Part shown: positions 16,966-26,873 of the stretch, one piece after another
Layout: each line of letters starts with the position of its first letter
How positions within the stretch are numbered: the first letter of the stretch is position 1
Assembly (NCBI GenBank): GCA_023484045.1
Contig: JAMDAA010000035.1
Span: 10,966-74,965, forward strand
Reading direction: 5' to 3'
Length of the DNA: 64,000 bases
Origin: Patescibacteria group bacterium
GTDB taxonomy: Bacteria > Patescibacteriota > Microgenomatia > Levybacterales > UBA12049
Translations under genes and position numbers: made by a program
Notes under the pieces: model-generated
Database searches by the model: none
Told to the model about the DNA's origin: nothing
Seen by the model: the letters and a program-made list of their open reading frames with translations, nothing else

Positions 16966-17937
16966 ATGAAACATCGTCTGCCCGTGTTTCTGTTTGTATT
17001 TTTAATTCCTGTTGCTGCTTTTTTCTTATTCTTTCGATTTGAAACGAAAAACGCCTCAGCGGCAAATGCCACTCATTTGGTAATTTCGGAAATACAAGTC
17101 GCCGGAGCTTCATCTTCTCAGGATTTTATCGAGCTTTATAATCCGACGTCGTCAGAGATTAGTTTAGATGGATATAGATTGGTCAAGAGGACAAGTGCGA
17201 GTGCCACAGACTCAAGTATCATGGTTTTTGCGTCTGATGAAATTATTCCCGCTCACGGTTTTTATCTGTGGTGTAATTCGAGTTTAACTGCAAGTTTTGG
17301 ATGTGACAGAAATACGGGCGCTAGCATTGCTAATAACAACAGCATCGGTTTACGTAATGGTCCCGCAAATACAGGGACAGTGGTCGATGCGGTTACTTTT
17401 GGATCTGTAACAAACGCGCTCGGAGAGGGGATATCTCTTACTGCTCCTGTTGCGAGTACGAGTGTTGAAAGAAAAGCGAGTCCTACTTCAGATTCTGCGA
17501 GTATGGCAGTCGGAGGGTCTGATGAATTTATGGGAAACGGGGAAGATACAGATAATAACGCTTCGGATTTTGTAATAAGAACTATGCCTCAGCCCCAAAA
17601 TAGCAAGTCGGCCGTTGAGCCAGCTTTAACATCAACAGAGAGTCCGACCGGAACAATTACGCCAACTGTTACTCCGATAATTACAGAAACACCCACGGAA
17701 ACTCCGACAGAAACTCCAGCTGCAACACCAACGATCGGGATAACAATAACGCCGACTCCTACATTAATTCCCACAATTACACCTTCCCCCAAACCGACGC
17801 CGATTTTGCATAACCCGTTTGTTATTAAACTTCCAAACTCGATATTAGTCTGCGGCTTCCGTTATATAAAAGTTCCGATACTGTGGGGCATGATGCGTAT
17901 GCCAAGATTTACATGCTTCTTTGTGCGCCTCAAATAG
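16966..17937 (+). CDS. Secreted lamin-tail-domain (LTD) protein with a TP-rich linker
   Basis: Signal peptide, then LVISEIQVAGASSSQDFIELYNPTSSEISLDGYRL (LTD signature), then a TPTETPTETPAATPT low-complexity linker. Confidence 0.6.
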   Translation: MKHRLPVFLFVFLIPVAAFFLFFRFETKNASAANATHLVISEIQVAGASSSQDFIELYNPTSSEISLDGYRLVKRTSASATDSSIMVFASDEIIPAHGFYLWCNSSLTASFGCDRNTGASIANNNSIGLRNGPANTGTVVDAVTFGSVTNALGEGISLTAPVASTSVERKASPTSDSASMAVGGSDEFMGNGEDTDNNASDFVIRTMPQPQNSKSAVEPALTSTESPTGTITPTVTPIITETPTETPTETPAATPTIGITITPTPTLIPTITPSPKPTPILHNPFVIKLPNSILVCGFRYIKVPILWGMMRMPRFTCFFVRLK

Positions 17938-17940
17938 TTC

Positions 17941-18360
17941 TTATTTTACGCCAGAGAGCATGACAACGCCTAAAAATATTATTATCGTTCCAATTACCCC
18001 GATTATATTAGGAAATTGGCGGTACAATACAGAACTAAGGATTAACGCGATAACAATACTAAAAGCCTGAACGCTTCTGGCATACCCGACATTGGAAGTT
18101 AATTTATACGCATAAAAAATTGAGAGATCCGCAATAGCCGCAAGGATGGAAACAATTATTAGGAGCGATGAGTTTTTTATATCTGGGATTGTAATTTTGG
18201 TAGTAAGCAAAGAAACGACCCATAAAATAATAGCAACGATACTGTAATACCAAGCCATCGCTAATTGGGGAGGAACTTTTTGTTGGATAGTTTTAAGGAA
18301 TAGTGGGATTATCCCAAATCCGATCGCAGAAACTAAAGATAATATAAACCAATTATTCAT
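17941..18360 (-). CDS. Small four-TM membrane protein (EamA/DMT-like half transporter?). Start trimmed to MNNWF
   Basis: Four hydrophobic helices. The longer ORF start would read through a copy of the GC-rich repeat element. Confidence 0.4.
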   Translation of the reverse strand: MNNWFILSLVSAIGFGIIPLFLKTIQQKVPPQLAMAWYYSIVAIILWVVSLLTTKITIPDIKNSSLLIIVSILAAIADLSIFYAYKLTSNVGYARSVQAFSIVIALILSSVLYRQFPNIIGVIGTIIIFLGVVMLSGVK

Positions 18361-18393
18361 AAATATATTAAGAAAATAGGCGGAGAGGGTGGG

Positions 18394-18470
18394 ATTCCCT
18401 TCGACTTCGCTCAGGGTAAACTTCTCATCTCGCCCAGACTTCAACTCACTCTACTTGCACTGAGCAAGCA
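18394..18470. repeat. Two adjacent copies of the GC-rich repeat element (one inverted) at the 3' flank of tRNA-Ser(TGA)
   Basis: cccttcgacttcgctcagggtaa is the reverse complement of ttaccctgagcgaagtcgaaggg. It is followed by cttgcactgagcaagcaaagcgcgtcgaagtgcgg. Confidence 0.6.
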
Positions 18471-18485
18471 AAGCGCGTCGAAGTG

Positions 18486-18572
18486 CGGAGAGGGTGAGAT
18501 TCGAACTCACGGTGGCGAAAACGCCACAATAGTTTTCAAGACTATCCGGATAAACCGCTCCCGCACCTCTCC
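18486..18572 (-). tRNA. tRNA-Ser (anticodon TGA), long variable arm
   Basis: Reverse complement: GGAGAGGTGCGGGAGCGGTTTATCCGGATAGTCTTGAAAACTATTGTGGCGTTTTCGCCACCGTGAGTTCGAATCTCACCCTCTCCG. Anticodon loop CTTGAAA. Confidence 0.85.
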
Positions 18573-18602
18573 AAACTCACTACTAGTGCTTAGATACTAG
18601 TT

Positions 18603-18693
18603 TGGCGGAGGAGGTGAGATTCGAACTCACGCGAGCATTTCTGCTCAAGGGTTTAGCAAACCCTCGCAATGGACCAAGCTATGCGACTCCTCC
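18603..18693 (-). tRNA. tRNA-Ser (anticodon GCT), CCA encoded
   Basis: Reverse complement: GGAGGAGTCGCATAGCTTGGTCCATTGCGAGGGTTTGCTAAACCCTTGAGCAGAAATGCTCGCGTGAGTTCGAATCTCACCTCCTCCGCCA. Anticodon loop TTGCTAA. Confidence 0.85.
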
Positions 18694-18745
18694 AAACGAT
18701 CGTATTATATCATCAAATATCTTCGACCTGCTACACTTAGCTCGT

Positions 18746-19447
18746 GTGGGTATTCTAGATTTTCTTTTCCCAAAATATTGTGTTAATTGTAAAAAAATCG
18801 GCTCGTATCTTTGCGGTAATTGTTTTTCTTATTTATCTTTTGACGACGAAAAAATATGCGTGGTTTGCGATCGGCCATCGATTAATAGCTTGACTCATCC
18901 GCGCTGCCAAACAAAATACGCGATCGATGGTGTTTTTACGAGCCTTGCGTATAAAGGAGTGGTTAAAAAACTCGTTTATAAGTTTAAATACAATCCTTAT
19001 CTCTCTGATCTTAAAAATCTACTTATAGAGCTTTTTTACGAAGGTTTAATTCAGAAAGAGGATTTTTACAGGGTTTTTTCGAAAGATTCGGTTTTTGTTC
19101 CAATCCCACTTCACCCTTCAAAATTAAAGAAAAGGGGATATAACCAGTCGCAAATTTTGGCTGAAGAGTTGTCGAAAAAATTCGGGAATAGAGTCGTAAA
19201 CTTACTAGAAAGAGTAAAAGATACAAAAACTCAAGCCGGTCTTAAAAAGGATGACAGAAAGAAAAATATTATTGCCGCCTTTGTTCTCAAAAGGTCTCAC
19301 CTTGATCAAGGTGAGACCTTGAACGGGAAAACCATCTTTATCGTGGACGATGTTTTGACTACCGGCTCAACTTTTTTGGAGGCGGCAAAGGTGCTCAAGA
19401 AAGGAGGAGCAAAGCGCGTTTTTGGCCTCGCTCTAGCCAGGGATTAA
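18746..19447 (+). CDS. comF: ComF-family protein (phosphoribosyltransferase domain with N-terminal Cys-rich zinc finger). Start uncertain
   Basis: [10 protein letters not shown]...CGNC...VCDRP zinc-finger motifs, then the PRTase signature [15 protein letters not shown]. The listed ORF start at 18602 overlaps tRNA-Ser and is spurious. A GTG at 18746 is proposed instead. Confidence 0.65.
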   Translation: MGILDFLFPKYCVNCKKIGSYLCGNCFSYLSFDDEKICVVCDRPSINSLTHPRCQTKYAIDGVFTSLAYKGVVKKLVYKFKYNPYLSDLKNLLIELFYEGLIQKEDFYRVFSKDSVFVPIPLHPSKLKKRGYNQSQILAEELSKKFGNRVVNLLERVKDTKTQAGLKKDDRKKNIIAAFVLKRSHLDQGETLNGKTIFIVDDVLTTGSTFLEAAKVLKKGGAKRVFGLALARD

Positions 19448-19911
19448 TAGGAGTTCTCATTTTTTCCATATAGCTTTAAAATTTCTTTGGCCCAAACTAT
19501 TACGTCTTTTACTCTAACGCCAGAGGGCTGTGGTTTCACCCATAGTTCTAGATTTTCAATTCTGTTATCATCCTTAACTCCGTTTTTATGGTGGACATTT
19601 TCATTGGACATTAAAAATCTTCCTAATTTTTTCTCCATTACGATAATGTGCTCGAATATATATCCCGTACCTTTTTGTGAATGAGGATGTTCTTTTTTTC
19701 GTGTTAATATATAGCCATTGTGTTTAACGGAAGTGTTATAATTTCTTCTAGTTTGACTCTCGCATTTTCCGCAGAAATTCGACGTTGGTTGTATAAGCTT
19801 ACCGCATTTTGGACAAGGTTTTTTGTAGATCTGACCCCTACAAGATGGACAAAGCTTATGTCTACTAGAGGGTGTAAACAGCCTTTGACATTGTAAACAT
19901 ATTCTCTCCAC
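19444..19911 (-). CDS. HNH endonuclease with N-terminal zinc ribbon
   Basis: Four CxxC pairs at the N-terminus. HNH core ...[20 protein letters not shown]. Confidence 0.65.
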   Translation of the reverse strand: MERICLQCQRLFTPSSRHKLCPSCRGQIYKKPCPKCGKLIQPTSNFCGKCESQTRRNYNTSVKHNGYILTRKKEHPHSQKGTGYIFEHIIVMEKKLGRFLMSNENVHHKNGVKDDNRIENLELWVKPQPSGVRVKDVIVWAKEILKLYGKNENSY

Positions 19912-19949
19912 AATTTAATATTAATTTATTGTGGACTTATTGTAAAGTG

Positions 19950-20334
19950 TGGAGATGTCGAGCATTGAGTCTCGAGTCCAAGAATATCCTTAAAAAACAT
20001 CTACAAGCTTATTCGATTTTTGTCCCACCAAAGGCGGGAGTCGCTCTATTCTTTTCTAATCGAAAAGAATGAATAAAGTCAAGGTTTATAATAATAAATA
20101 AGGACGAAAACCGTTTTCCTTATCATCTCTCAACTGTTTTTATGCCCATATCGCCCCGTTGAGAAAAGACAACATGAACAGGTCTAATTCAATTAAGCGT
20201 ATAGTAACGCCGGTTGATATCGACCGCTAAACGATTGCTCGTTAGCATTTATAATTTGAATCTGTTTTACGACTATTATTCAAAGTCGGCTTGCAGTTTT
20301 TTAATGTACTTTCTTGTCGATACGATGCATCCCC
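19950..20334 (-). ncRNA. ssrA: Candidate tmRNA (ssrA) next to smpB
   Basis: The reverse strand begins GGGGATGCATCGTATCGAC..., like the tmRNA 5' end GGGGnnGAttcGAC. It ends ...GGACTCGAGACTCAATGCTCGACATCTCCA, with a T-arm-like hairpin and an acceptor strand pairing with the 5' GGGGATG. A possible tag ORF is ...ANEQSFSGRYQPALLYA*. The tag frame is uncertain. Confidence 0.5.
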
Positions 20335-20369
20335 AAGGACTGTATTATAGCTTGTTTTGAAGAGTAAAG

Positions 20370-20819
20370 TCAAGTTGTTTTAGCTTCGGAGATCAATTCC
20401 TGCTCGATTTCTCTTTGGAGGTCTCTTTTTTTAATCGCTTCTTTTTTTTGGTATTTTTTCTTTCCGCGAGCCAAGGCTAGCTCGACTTTTATAAAATGGT
20501 GTTTGTCGTAAAGCGATAAGGGTACGATCGATAAATTCGATCCTTCCATTTTGGATTTCAGGCTTATTATTTCATTTTTATGGAGTAAAAGTTTCCTAGT
20601 TCTTTTTTCGTCGTAATTTTCGATTTGGGCGTATTTATACGGAAAAATTTTGGCGTTTAAAAGATATGCTTCACTTCCGATTATTCTAACGTGGCTTCCG
20701 GTTAAATCCGCGTGGCCAAGCCTAATTGCTTTAACCTCTGAGCCATATAAATTAATCCCGGCTTCAAACCGGTCTAAAATTTCATAATCAAAAAAAGCCC
20801 TCTTGTTCACAATTTTCAT
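20370..20819 (-). CDS. smpB: SsrA-binding protein SmpB
   Basis: FFDYEILDRFEAGINLYGSEVKAIR...HVRIIG...NRKLLLHKNEI matches SmpB throughout. Confidence 0.85.
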   Translation of the reverse strand: MKIVNKRAFFDYEILDRFEAGINLYGSEVKAIRLGHADLTGSHVRIIGSEAYLLNAKIFPYKYAQIENYDEKRTRKLLLHKNEIISLKSKMEGSNLSIVPLSLYDKHHFIKVELALARGKKKYQKKEAIKKRDLQREIEQELISEAKTT

Positions 20820-20860
20820 GCTTCAATAATACTTCAAAAGCAGAAAAATGTAAATTTGAT

Positions 20861-22555
20861 CTATTTGATGCTGATTTCGTAGATTTTGCCGCTAGATAGA
20901 ACGAGGATTTTTTTGTCTTTTTCAAGAACTTCAAAATCTTTTGCGTCTTTCAAAACTTTAGATTTATACTGTGCCACATAGCTCCCGTCTTTTTTCAAAA
21001 CTACGATTCTATTATTTGCGCCATCAAGAACATAGATATTATCAAAATCGACGTTTGTATAAATCCTGTTTGGATTAGAAAACGGTTGATCGAGTCCGGA
21101 TATTTTAAAATTATCGGTTTTTCCCTTTAAAAACTTTAAAATATTTCCGTCTTGTAAAATTGTATAAAGCGCGCCGTCAACAGTTACAGCGGTTGCTTTA
21201 GAAAGATCTGCAGGTTGCGTAAGATAATCTGTTTTCGAATAAGTAGATCCGCTCGGGACAAATTTAAAAATCTTATCGGCACTTTTATCTAAAATATAAA
21301 CGTTTCCAAGGTACGCATCGATTCCTCCTGCTGTATCCCAATCTTTTTTAATAATCAGTTTTTCTTTACTGTTTCCCTTGTCGACGCTTATTACGCCGTC
21401 AGAATTTATGTAATATATGCTTGCACTGTTTTGTGCAAAAAGACTTGAATCTCCCTTTTTGGCCTCTAAAGCTAATAGTTTACTCGCATCATTGCCAACT
21501 TCCTTTGCCTCGACCGTATTTACCTCCGAAATTTCGGAAATCGCGGTTTCGACTTTTGCTAAAAGTTCCGAAACTTTTTTTTCTTCATCGGAATTCGGTT
21601 TAAACTTAGATTTATTTTCATTCAATGTTTTTTGTGCGGACAGAAAGTCGTCGCGCGCCAGATTTTTGTTTAAGCTCAGAAGACTTTGACCCTCGTCGTA
21701 TTTTTTCTGAGCAGCTTGATAAACCTCGTTAAATATAGTTTTTGTTTTTTGGTCTTCACGACTTTTTACAGCCAAATAAACGCTTCCTACTAAAATTACG
21801 GCGATTATTAAAGCAACGCTTAAAAAGACTTTTCTCGAATGGCTAAGGTTAAATTTTGATAAATTGTTTTTAATCGAGCTAAGGACGGGCAGTGAGGAAG
21901 GAGTCGGGAGAGGTTCTTCTTCCTTTTCTTCTTCGACAACTTCAGCTGTTTTATAAGAGATAATTACGGCCGACGCTTCTCCCTCTTGCCGTTCGTGAAC
22001 TTTGGGGGATAAATTTTCGGCGATTTCGGATGGAGAAAAGTTGTCGATCGCGGAGATAAGTGTATCTTTTGTAATCGTTTCGATGAATTTTTCGGTCGCC
22101 AATATAATTACGTCGTTGTTTTCCAAAAAACCCGATGCGGATTTTAGTTGATTATCCGACGAATCTAAAACCGCTCCGGTTTTTTCTCCGCGTTTTATTA
22201 AAATCTTACCGTTCCCCGAAAGAAAGCAATACATTATGTTTTGTGTAATACAAGAGACCGTAAAACAAGAATTAGTGTCGTTTGGAATTTTTTCAAAAGC
22301 TAAAGAAACGGCTTTTTTAATCGATTCAAGATCTTTGACTTCGAGCGTAAAAAATTCGGTTTCGAGGGTGCTTAGTATGTCTTTTCCAATCGATGCGAGC
22401 GACTCTTCTTCTCCGATTTCCTTCTTTGAAAGCGAGAGAACAGCGAAGAGTCCGCCCGCGTTATAGGCTTGTGACCAAGAAGTAAGCGTCGGCGTCGCGA
22501 CAATTTTCGAAAAAGCCAGCTTTGGTTTGTCTGAATTAAAATTTTCTTCTGCCAT
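20861..22555 (-). CDS. Hypothetical membrane-anchored protein (N-terminal PP2C-like region?, central TM, C-terminal beta-propeller-like repeats)
   Basis: 564 aa with one central TM helix (VFLSVALIIAVILVGSVYLAV). The C-terminal YVLDGANNRIVVLKKDGSYV-type repeats suggest a beta-propeller. The N-terminal phosphatase-like call is weak. Confidence 0.4.
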   Translation of the reverse strand: MAEENFNSDKPKLAFSKIVATPTLTSWSQAYNAGGLFAVLSLSKKEIGEEESLASIGKDILSTLETEFFTLEVKDLESIKKAVSLAFEKIPNDTNSCFTVSCITQNIMYCFLSGNGKILIKRGEKTGAVLDSSDNQLKSASGFLENNDVIILATEKFIETITKDTLISAIDNFSPSEIAENLSPKVHERQEGEASAVIISYKTAEVVEEEKEEEPLPTPSSLPVLSSIKNNLSKFNLSHSRKVFLSVALIIAVILVGSVYLAVKSREDQKTKTIFNEVYQAAQKKYDEGQSLLSLNKNLARDDFLSAQKTLNENKSKFKPNSDEEKKVSELLAKVETAISEISEVNTVEAKEVGNDASKLLALEAKKGDSSLFAQNSASIYYINSDGVISVDKGNSKEKLIIKKDWDTAGGIDAYLGNVYILDKSADKIFKFVPSGSTYSKTDYLTQPADLSKATAVTVDGALYTILQDGNILKFLKGKTDNFKISGLDQPFSNPNRIYTNVDFDNIYVLDGANNRIVVLKKDGSYVAQYKSKVLKDAKDFEVLEKDKKILVLSSGKIYEISIK

Positions 22556-22561
22556 TTTCGA

Positions 22562-22798
22562 TTACAGTATAACAAGCGCGACTAAAAAAAGCGAAATCGC
22601 AAAAATCATATTTAAAATTGTTATAACAGTTAAAATTGTCGAGGCATGGATTTGCGACACAACGCGGTTCATCGTTTTTACCTGATTAAAAAGAATAAAG
22701 GAAAAAATAATATAAGCCGAAAGCAAAATTAAAAAAACAATTTTTACTAAAAATAAAGCGTTTGTAAATTGTAGGAATGACAAAAAATCACTTGGCAT
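22562..22798 (-). CDS. Small hydrophobic membrane protein
   Basis: 78 aa with two hydrophobic helices. Overlaps the next gene's start by 11 nt. Confidence 0.35.
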   Translation of the reverse strand: MPSDFLSFLQFTNALFLVKIVFLILLSAYIIFSFILFNQVKTMNRVVSQIHASTILTVITILNMIFAISLFLVALVIL

Positions 22799-23417
22799 GT
22801 ATTCCCTTTCCGATTAAATCTTCGATTATAGAGACAACACCCGATGGATTAATAACTGACAAAAAATCAAAATTCACGATTTCTCCCGCTGTTTGAACAA
22901 TAACATCGCCGTAATTAAAAAGTGTCGCAAAAAAACCGACCTGTGTATAACTTACGTCTTCGACTAAACCGAGCTTTGTCATCGCTACGTTGTGATAAAC
23001 GAGATCGGAAAAATCGATATCGACAATTCTATTGGTTGTGACAAGTGAAATATTATAATGCCAGGTAATAAATTTTACAAAAGCGTAATTAAATACTAAA
23101 ACATAATAAAAAAATATAAAAAAATTTATAAAATTTGACGGAAGAAACGATGGGAAGAAATTCATAAAAGAAGAAAGATAAAGTAGTACTGCAGGAAGAA
23201 TAAGGAGAACAATCGTTATTAAAATCCAAGAGAGGTTTTTAATAAAATGGGCCCTGAGAAAAAGGAGAATCTTTTCGTCGTCCCCCTGATCACGGAAATA
23301 AACTCCGTCGGGTTTTTGTCTAAAATAACTGAAAAAACCCGGATAATTTGTTTTTATTTTTTCGTTTACGGTTTTGGTTGACTTGTCTGTATTTTTTGGA
23401 ATAAAAATATCCGGCAT
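22788..23417 (-). CDS. Membrane protein with bacterial PH-like (YdbT/DUF304-like) domain
   Basis: A two-TM hairpin followed by a soluble domain. The N-terminus has DGVYFRDQGDDEKILLFLRAH. Weak family call. Confidence 0.35.
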   Translation of the reverse strand: MPDIFIPKNTDKSTKTVNEKIKTNYPGFFSYFRQKPDGVYFRDQGDDEKILLFLRAHFIKNLSWILITIVLLILPAVLLYLSSFMNFFPSFLPSNFINFFIFFYYVLVFNYAFVKFITWHYNISLVTTNRIVDIDFSDLVYHNVAMTKLGLVEDVSYTQVGFFATLFNYGDVIVQTAGEIVNFDFLSVINPSGVVSIIEDLIGKGIHAK

Positions 23418-23420
23418 AAA

Positions 23421-25178
23421 TTATCTCTTTTCTACATTATACAATGGTCCGACAATGTTTATGTTAGAAGGGGCACGTAGATTGAAGTAATTCTTAAATT
23501 CGTCTCCGGAAAAGGGCGTTGTGCCGGCATCGCCTGTAACATTTACCGAAGTTGTTCTTCCGGTGCCTTTATCCCAGTCGACGCTTATGTCAGAAACGGA
23601 ATTATATGGCGTTATGTTTCTATTTCGAAGTTCCTGTTTTACACGATCGGCATCCCACGTGTCGACTCCGTCGGGATTCGGTTTGTCGACCTGTGACAGA
23701 TGTTGTTGTGTCGAAGAGTCATTTTTTGCGAGTATTAAAACATTTACGATGTCGGCGATTTCATCGGATTTTAGCCACGCGGTTTTATTGTATTGAGCTC
23801 GTGATCCCCAGTCGCAGTAAAACACTGGCGAATCTTTATCGTACGCGCTACTTTGTAAATCAGAAAAACTGTTTATCGAAGACGAGGCATCGACAGCCCT
23901 TTTAGTAAACGATGTTTGACTCCAGCCTATATCGCCGGAAGTAAAAACATAACCTCCGTGAGTCGAAGAAAACCACGCCTTAATCGGGTTTCCTCCTTGA
24001 ATCATTACTTTTCCGGGCGTTGCATTGACAGCCTGTTCCCAATTACCGCCTTTGGGATTTGTTTGAAAAGCTTGGCAATATTCATTGGCGCAAATAGACG
24101 AAGTACCATTATTCGTCGCAGCCAAAACATATGATCTTGCTGCAATCGCTTGGGCTTTTAATGCCGCAAGATTATTATCCGCCCAAGAATCAGGAACTTC
24201 ATATATTCTCTTGATATAATCTTCTAATCCTCCGCTCCAGATAATATTGCCGGAATTAAATCCGTTACTGTCATTTACTTTGATATTAGTATTGACATCT
24301 GCATCTTGAATTCCGTCAAAACTGTAATAGGCGCGTAGTATTTGTTCGTAATCCTGACCGGCTTTTGCCCTTCCCCATGCGCCAAATTGACTAAGCCCGA
24401 CTCGATTGGGAACGCCGTATGTAAACAGAGCAAATCTCGGGCTGAATCCAGGATTGATATTTCTGTCGTCGGTACATCCGCCTCTCATCGAATAGGCCGA
24501 TTTTGGAAGATTAAGACTTCCGAGTTTTTGCGCTAAAAGTTCTTGCTGTCGGGATGTTAATTGCGCGATTTGGCCCGATAATTTAGTCTGATATTCTTTT
24601 GCGCCCGAAACGATTTTGTCTAATTTCCCCGATTGCTCGTCTAAGCTAGCTTTAGCCGTGACGAGTCTTGATTGTTCGTCTTCGAGCGCTCTTTTTTTTA
24701 CTTCGAGGTCAGCGATCGACAGTGCGATGTTTGTGATTATTGTTTTATCCTGATCTGCTTTTGCTTTTTGATAGGCCAAAAGTTGTGTTATTTCCGACGC
24801 ATCCTGTCCGGACAGAAAAACTAAAATCGGAGAATCGTAGTAACTTTTAATATAATAATTTCGGATCGCGATATTCAATATTTTCTGCTGTTTTTCCATG
24901 TTTTTGTAACCGTCATCGATTATTTTCTTTTTATTTTCGATATCTTTTTCGATCACAGCGACACGATTTTTAATTTCTTTTATTTGCGCTTGGAGGCTTT
25001 TTAATTGAGATTCTAAGGGTCTTGTCGCGTTTATCGACATATTGAGCGCTGTGGTTAGATCGTTTATCTGTTTATTTAGATCATCTAATTCATCGGAGAA
25101 AGTTTTATCTGGAAATACGAAAAATAAAAAATTAAAAATAAAAAAGAAAATAATCGTAGTAGATAGAAATTTTTTCAT
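23421..25178 (-). CDS. Secreted coiled-coil protein with SpoIID/LytB-like domain
   Basis: Signal peptide and about 200 aa of coiled coil. Then ...RVGLSQFGAWGRAKAGQDYEQILRAYY, resembling the SpoIID/LytB motif MSQYGAxGMAxxGKxYxEILxHYY. Confidence 0.55.
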   Translation of the reverse strand: MKKFLSTTIIFFFIFNFLFFVFPDKTFSDELDDLNKQINDLTTALNMSINATRPLESQLKSLQAQIKEIKNRVAVIEKDIENKKKIIDDGYKNMEKQQKILNIAIRNYYIKSYYDSPILVFLSGQDASEITQLLAYQKAKADQDKTIITNIALSIADLEVKKRALEDEQSRLVTAKASLDEQSGKLDKIVSGAKEYQTKLSGQIAQLTSRQQELLAQKLGSLNLPKSAYSMRGGCTDDRNINPGFSPRFALFTYGVPNRVGLSQFGAWGRAKAGQDYEQILRAYYSFDGIQDADVNTNIKVNDSNGFNSGNIIWSGGLEDYIKRIYEVPDSWADNNLAALKAQAIAARSYVLAATNNGTSSICANEYCQAFQTNPKGGNWEQAVNATPGKVMIQGGNPIKAWFSSTHGGYVFTSGDIGWSQTSFTKRAVDASSSINSFSDLQSSAYDKDSPVFYCDWGSRAQYNKTAWLKSDEIADIVNVLILAKNDSSTQQHLSQVDKPNPDGVDTWDADRVKQELRNRNITPYNSVSDISVDWDKGTGRTTSVNVTGDAGTTPFSGDEFKNYFNLRAPSNINIVGPLYNVEKR

Positions 25179-25263
25179 AAGTTTTGTGATGCAGGATTTA
25201 TTATACCAAAGTAATACAAAAAGATTGCAAAATTGACAAGTTATGTTATACTTTGTGCAATAA

Positions 25264-25866
25264 ATGGAAGAGGCAGGATTTAGAGAAACGACGATCTCGT
25301 TTAAACCACCGGAAAAAAGACGTTCAAAACGCCCGTTGATAATAATTGCCGCTGTTATCGTAGTCGCGGTTATAATTTTTTTAGCAATACGCTTTATTGG
25401 TTCATCTAAAAAAACTCCAGAAAAATCAACAAGCGGGATAACTCCGACTCCGACCGAATTTCAGTTTCCGACAGATACACCGACGCCATCGGGATCAGAA
25501 AAATCAACCCCGACGCCTACTTCCAAAGAAAAAGCACCAACACCGACTTCGGCCGCTAATCCAGTCGACAAAAAGACCGGTCTTGACAGAAGCGAGCTTA
25601 AAGTTGCGGTTCAAAACGGGAGCGGAACGGTTGGGGTTGCGAGCAAAGTTTCTGATTATCTGAAGGGATTTGGTTATCACGTGGTCGCAGTCGGTAACGC
25701 AGAAACTTTTGATTACGAGAATGTCACTATTTCGATTAAAACAAGTTCTGTAAAATATCTTCCACTTCTTAAATCCGATATCTCAAAAGATTACACGATC
25801 GCAAAAACATCAGAAGATTTAGATGCTTCATCTTCGGCAGACGTTGTAGTGATAGTCGGAAAATAA
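25264..25866 (+). CDS. Membrane-anchored LytR_C (LytR/CpsA/Psr C-terminal) domain protein
   Basis: One TM helix, a TP-rich linker, then LKVAVQNGSGTVGVASKVSDYLKGFGYHVVAVGNAETFDYENVTI. Confidence 0.55.
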   Translation: MEEAGFRETTISFKPPEKRRSKRPLIIIAAVIVVAVIIFLAIRFIGSSKKTPEKSTSGITPTPTEFQFPTDTPTPSGSEKSTPTPTSKEKAPTPTSAANPVDKKTGLDRSELKVAVQNGSGTVGVASKVSDYLKGFGYHVVAVGNAETFDYENVTISIKTSSVKYLPLLKSDISKDYTIAKTSEDLDASSSADVVVIVGK

Positions 25867-25910
25867 ATTCATCGGTTGATTAAAAATCCTCTTTTTATTA
25901 TTATGGAAAG

Positions 25911-26873
25911 GTGGAGAAATACAATTTAGTCGCGATCGGTGATGCTGTGATCGATGTCTTTTTAACGATCGGTGAAGAAAATGTTCACGTAAATTTTAAG
26001 GATTCAGAACTTTGTTTTAAATACGGAACCAAAATTCCGGTCGAAAGCGCTAATTTTTTCTTAGGCGGAAACGCGTGTAATGTATCGGTCGGATTATCAA
26101 AACTTGGTTTTAAAACGGCGCTTTTTTCTGAAATCGGTGACGACGATTTTTCGGACATGGTTATTAAGGGTTTAAAAAACGAAAACGTTTCAGAAGAGTT
26201 TGTTAGGAAAGTGAGCGGGATTTCTTCTTTTTCGGTCGGGATAAATTACAAAGGAGAGCGTACGCTTTTTGTTGAGCACGTCCAGAGAAAAAACAATTTT
26301 GATTTTTCAAACATAGATACAGAATGGGTCTATTTAACGAGTCTCGGAAAAGAATGGAAAGACGCGTATAAAAAGACGTTAGATTTTGTTCAAAACAAAA
26401 ACCTGCGGTTCGCGTTTAATCCGGGAACATTGCAACTTAAAGAAGGATATTCTTCTATTTCAGAGATCCTCAAAAAGACAGACGTGCTTTTTTTAAACAA
26501 GGAGGAGTCAATAAAACTTCTGTATGGTATTAACAATTCGGAACAGATAGACGATATCGATGAGCTCTTAGTCAATTTGCAAGCACTCGGATCTAAAATA
26601 GTAGTAATAACAGATGGGATAAATGGCTCATTTTGTATCGATGAAGACAAAAAAACTTATTCACGCGAGATAATCGACGTAAAAGTTATGAATAAAACAG
26701 GTGCCGGAGACGCTTATACTTCGGGATTTATCGCGGCTTTAATTTCGGGTAAAACTGTGAAAGATGCGATGGAGTGGGGAACATTGAACGCAACTGCGGT
26801 TATCGGAAAGATCGGAGCACAAGTCGGTCTTTTGAAAAAAACCGAGATGGAAGAAAAATTAAAGAGCTTATGA
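25911..26873 (+). CDS. PfkB-family carbohydrate kinase (ribokinase-like)
   Basis: GGNACNVSVGLSKLGF near the N-terminus and the GAGDAYTSGFIAAL anion-hole motif near the C-terminus. Confidence 0.75.
   Translation: MEKYNLVAIGDAVIDVFLTIGEENVHVNFKDSELCFKYGTKIPVESANFFLGGNACNVSVGLSKLGFKTALFSEIGDDDFSDMVIKGLKNENVSEEFVRKVSGISSFSVGINYKGERTLFVEHVQRKNNFDFSNIDTEWVYLTSLGKEWKDAYKKTLDFVQNKNLRFAFNPGTLQLKEGYSSISEILKKTDVLFLNKEESIKLLYGINNSEQIDDIDELLVNLQALGSKIVVITDGINGSFCIDEDKKTYSREIIDVKVMNKTGAGDAYTSGFIAALISGKTVKDAMEWGTLNATAVIGKIGAQVGLLKKTEMEEKLKSL

Noticed and set aside
18602-18745. Extended N-terminus of the ComF ORF starting at TTG 18602
   Set aside because: It overlaps tRNA-Ser(GCT), so the true start must be downstream. 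A GTG at 18746 is proposed.
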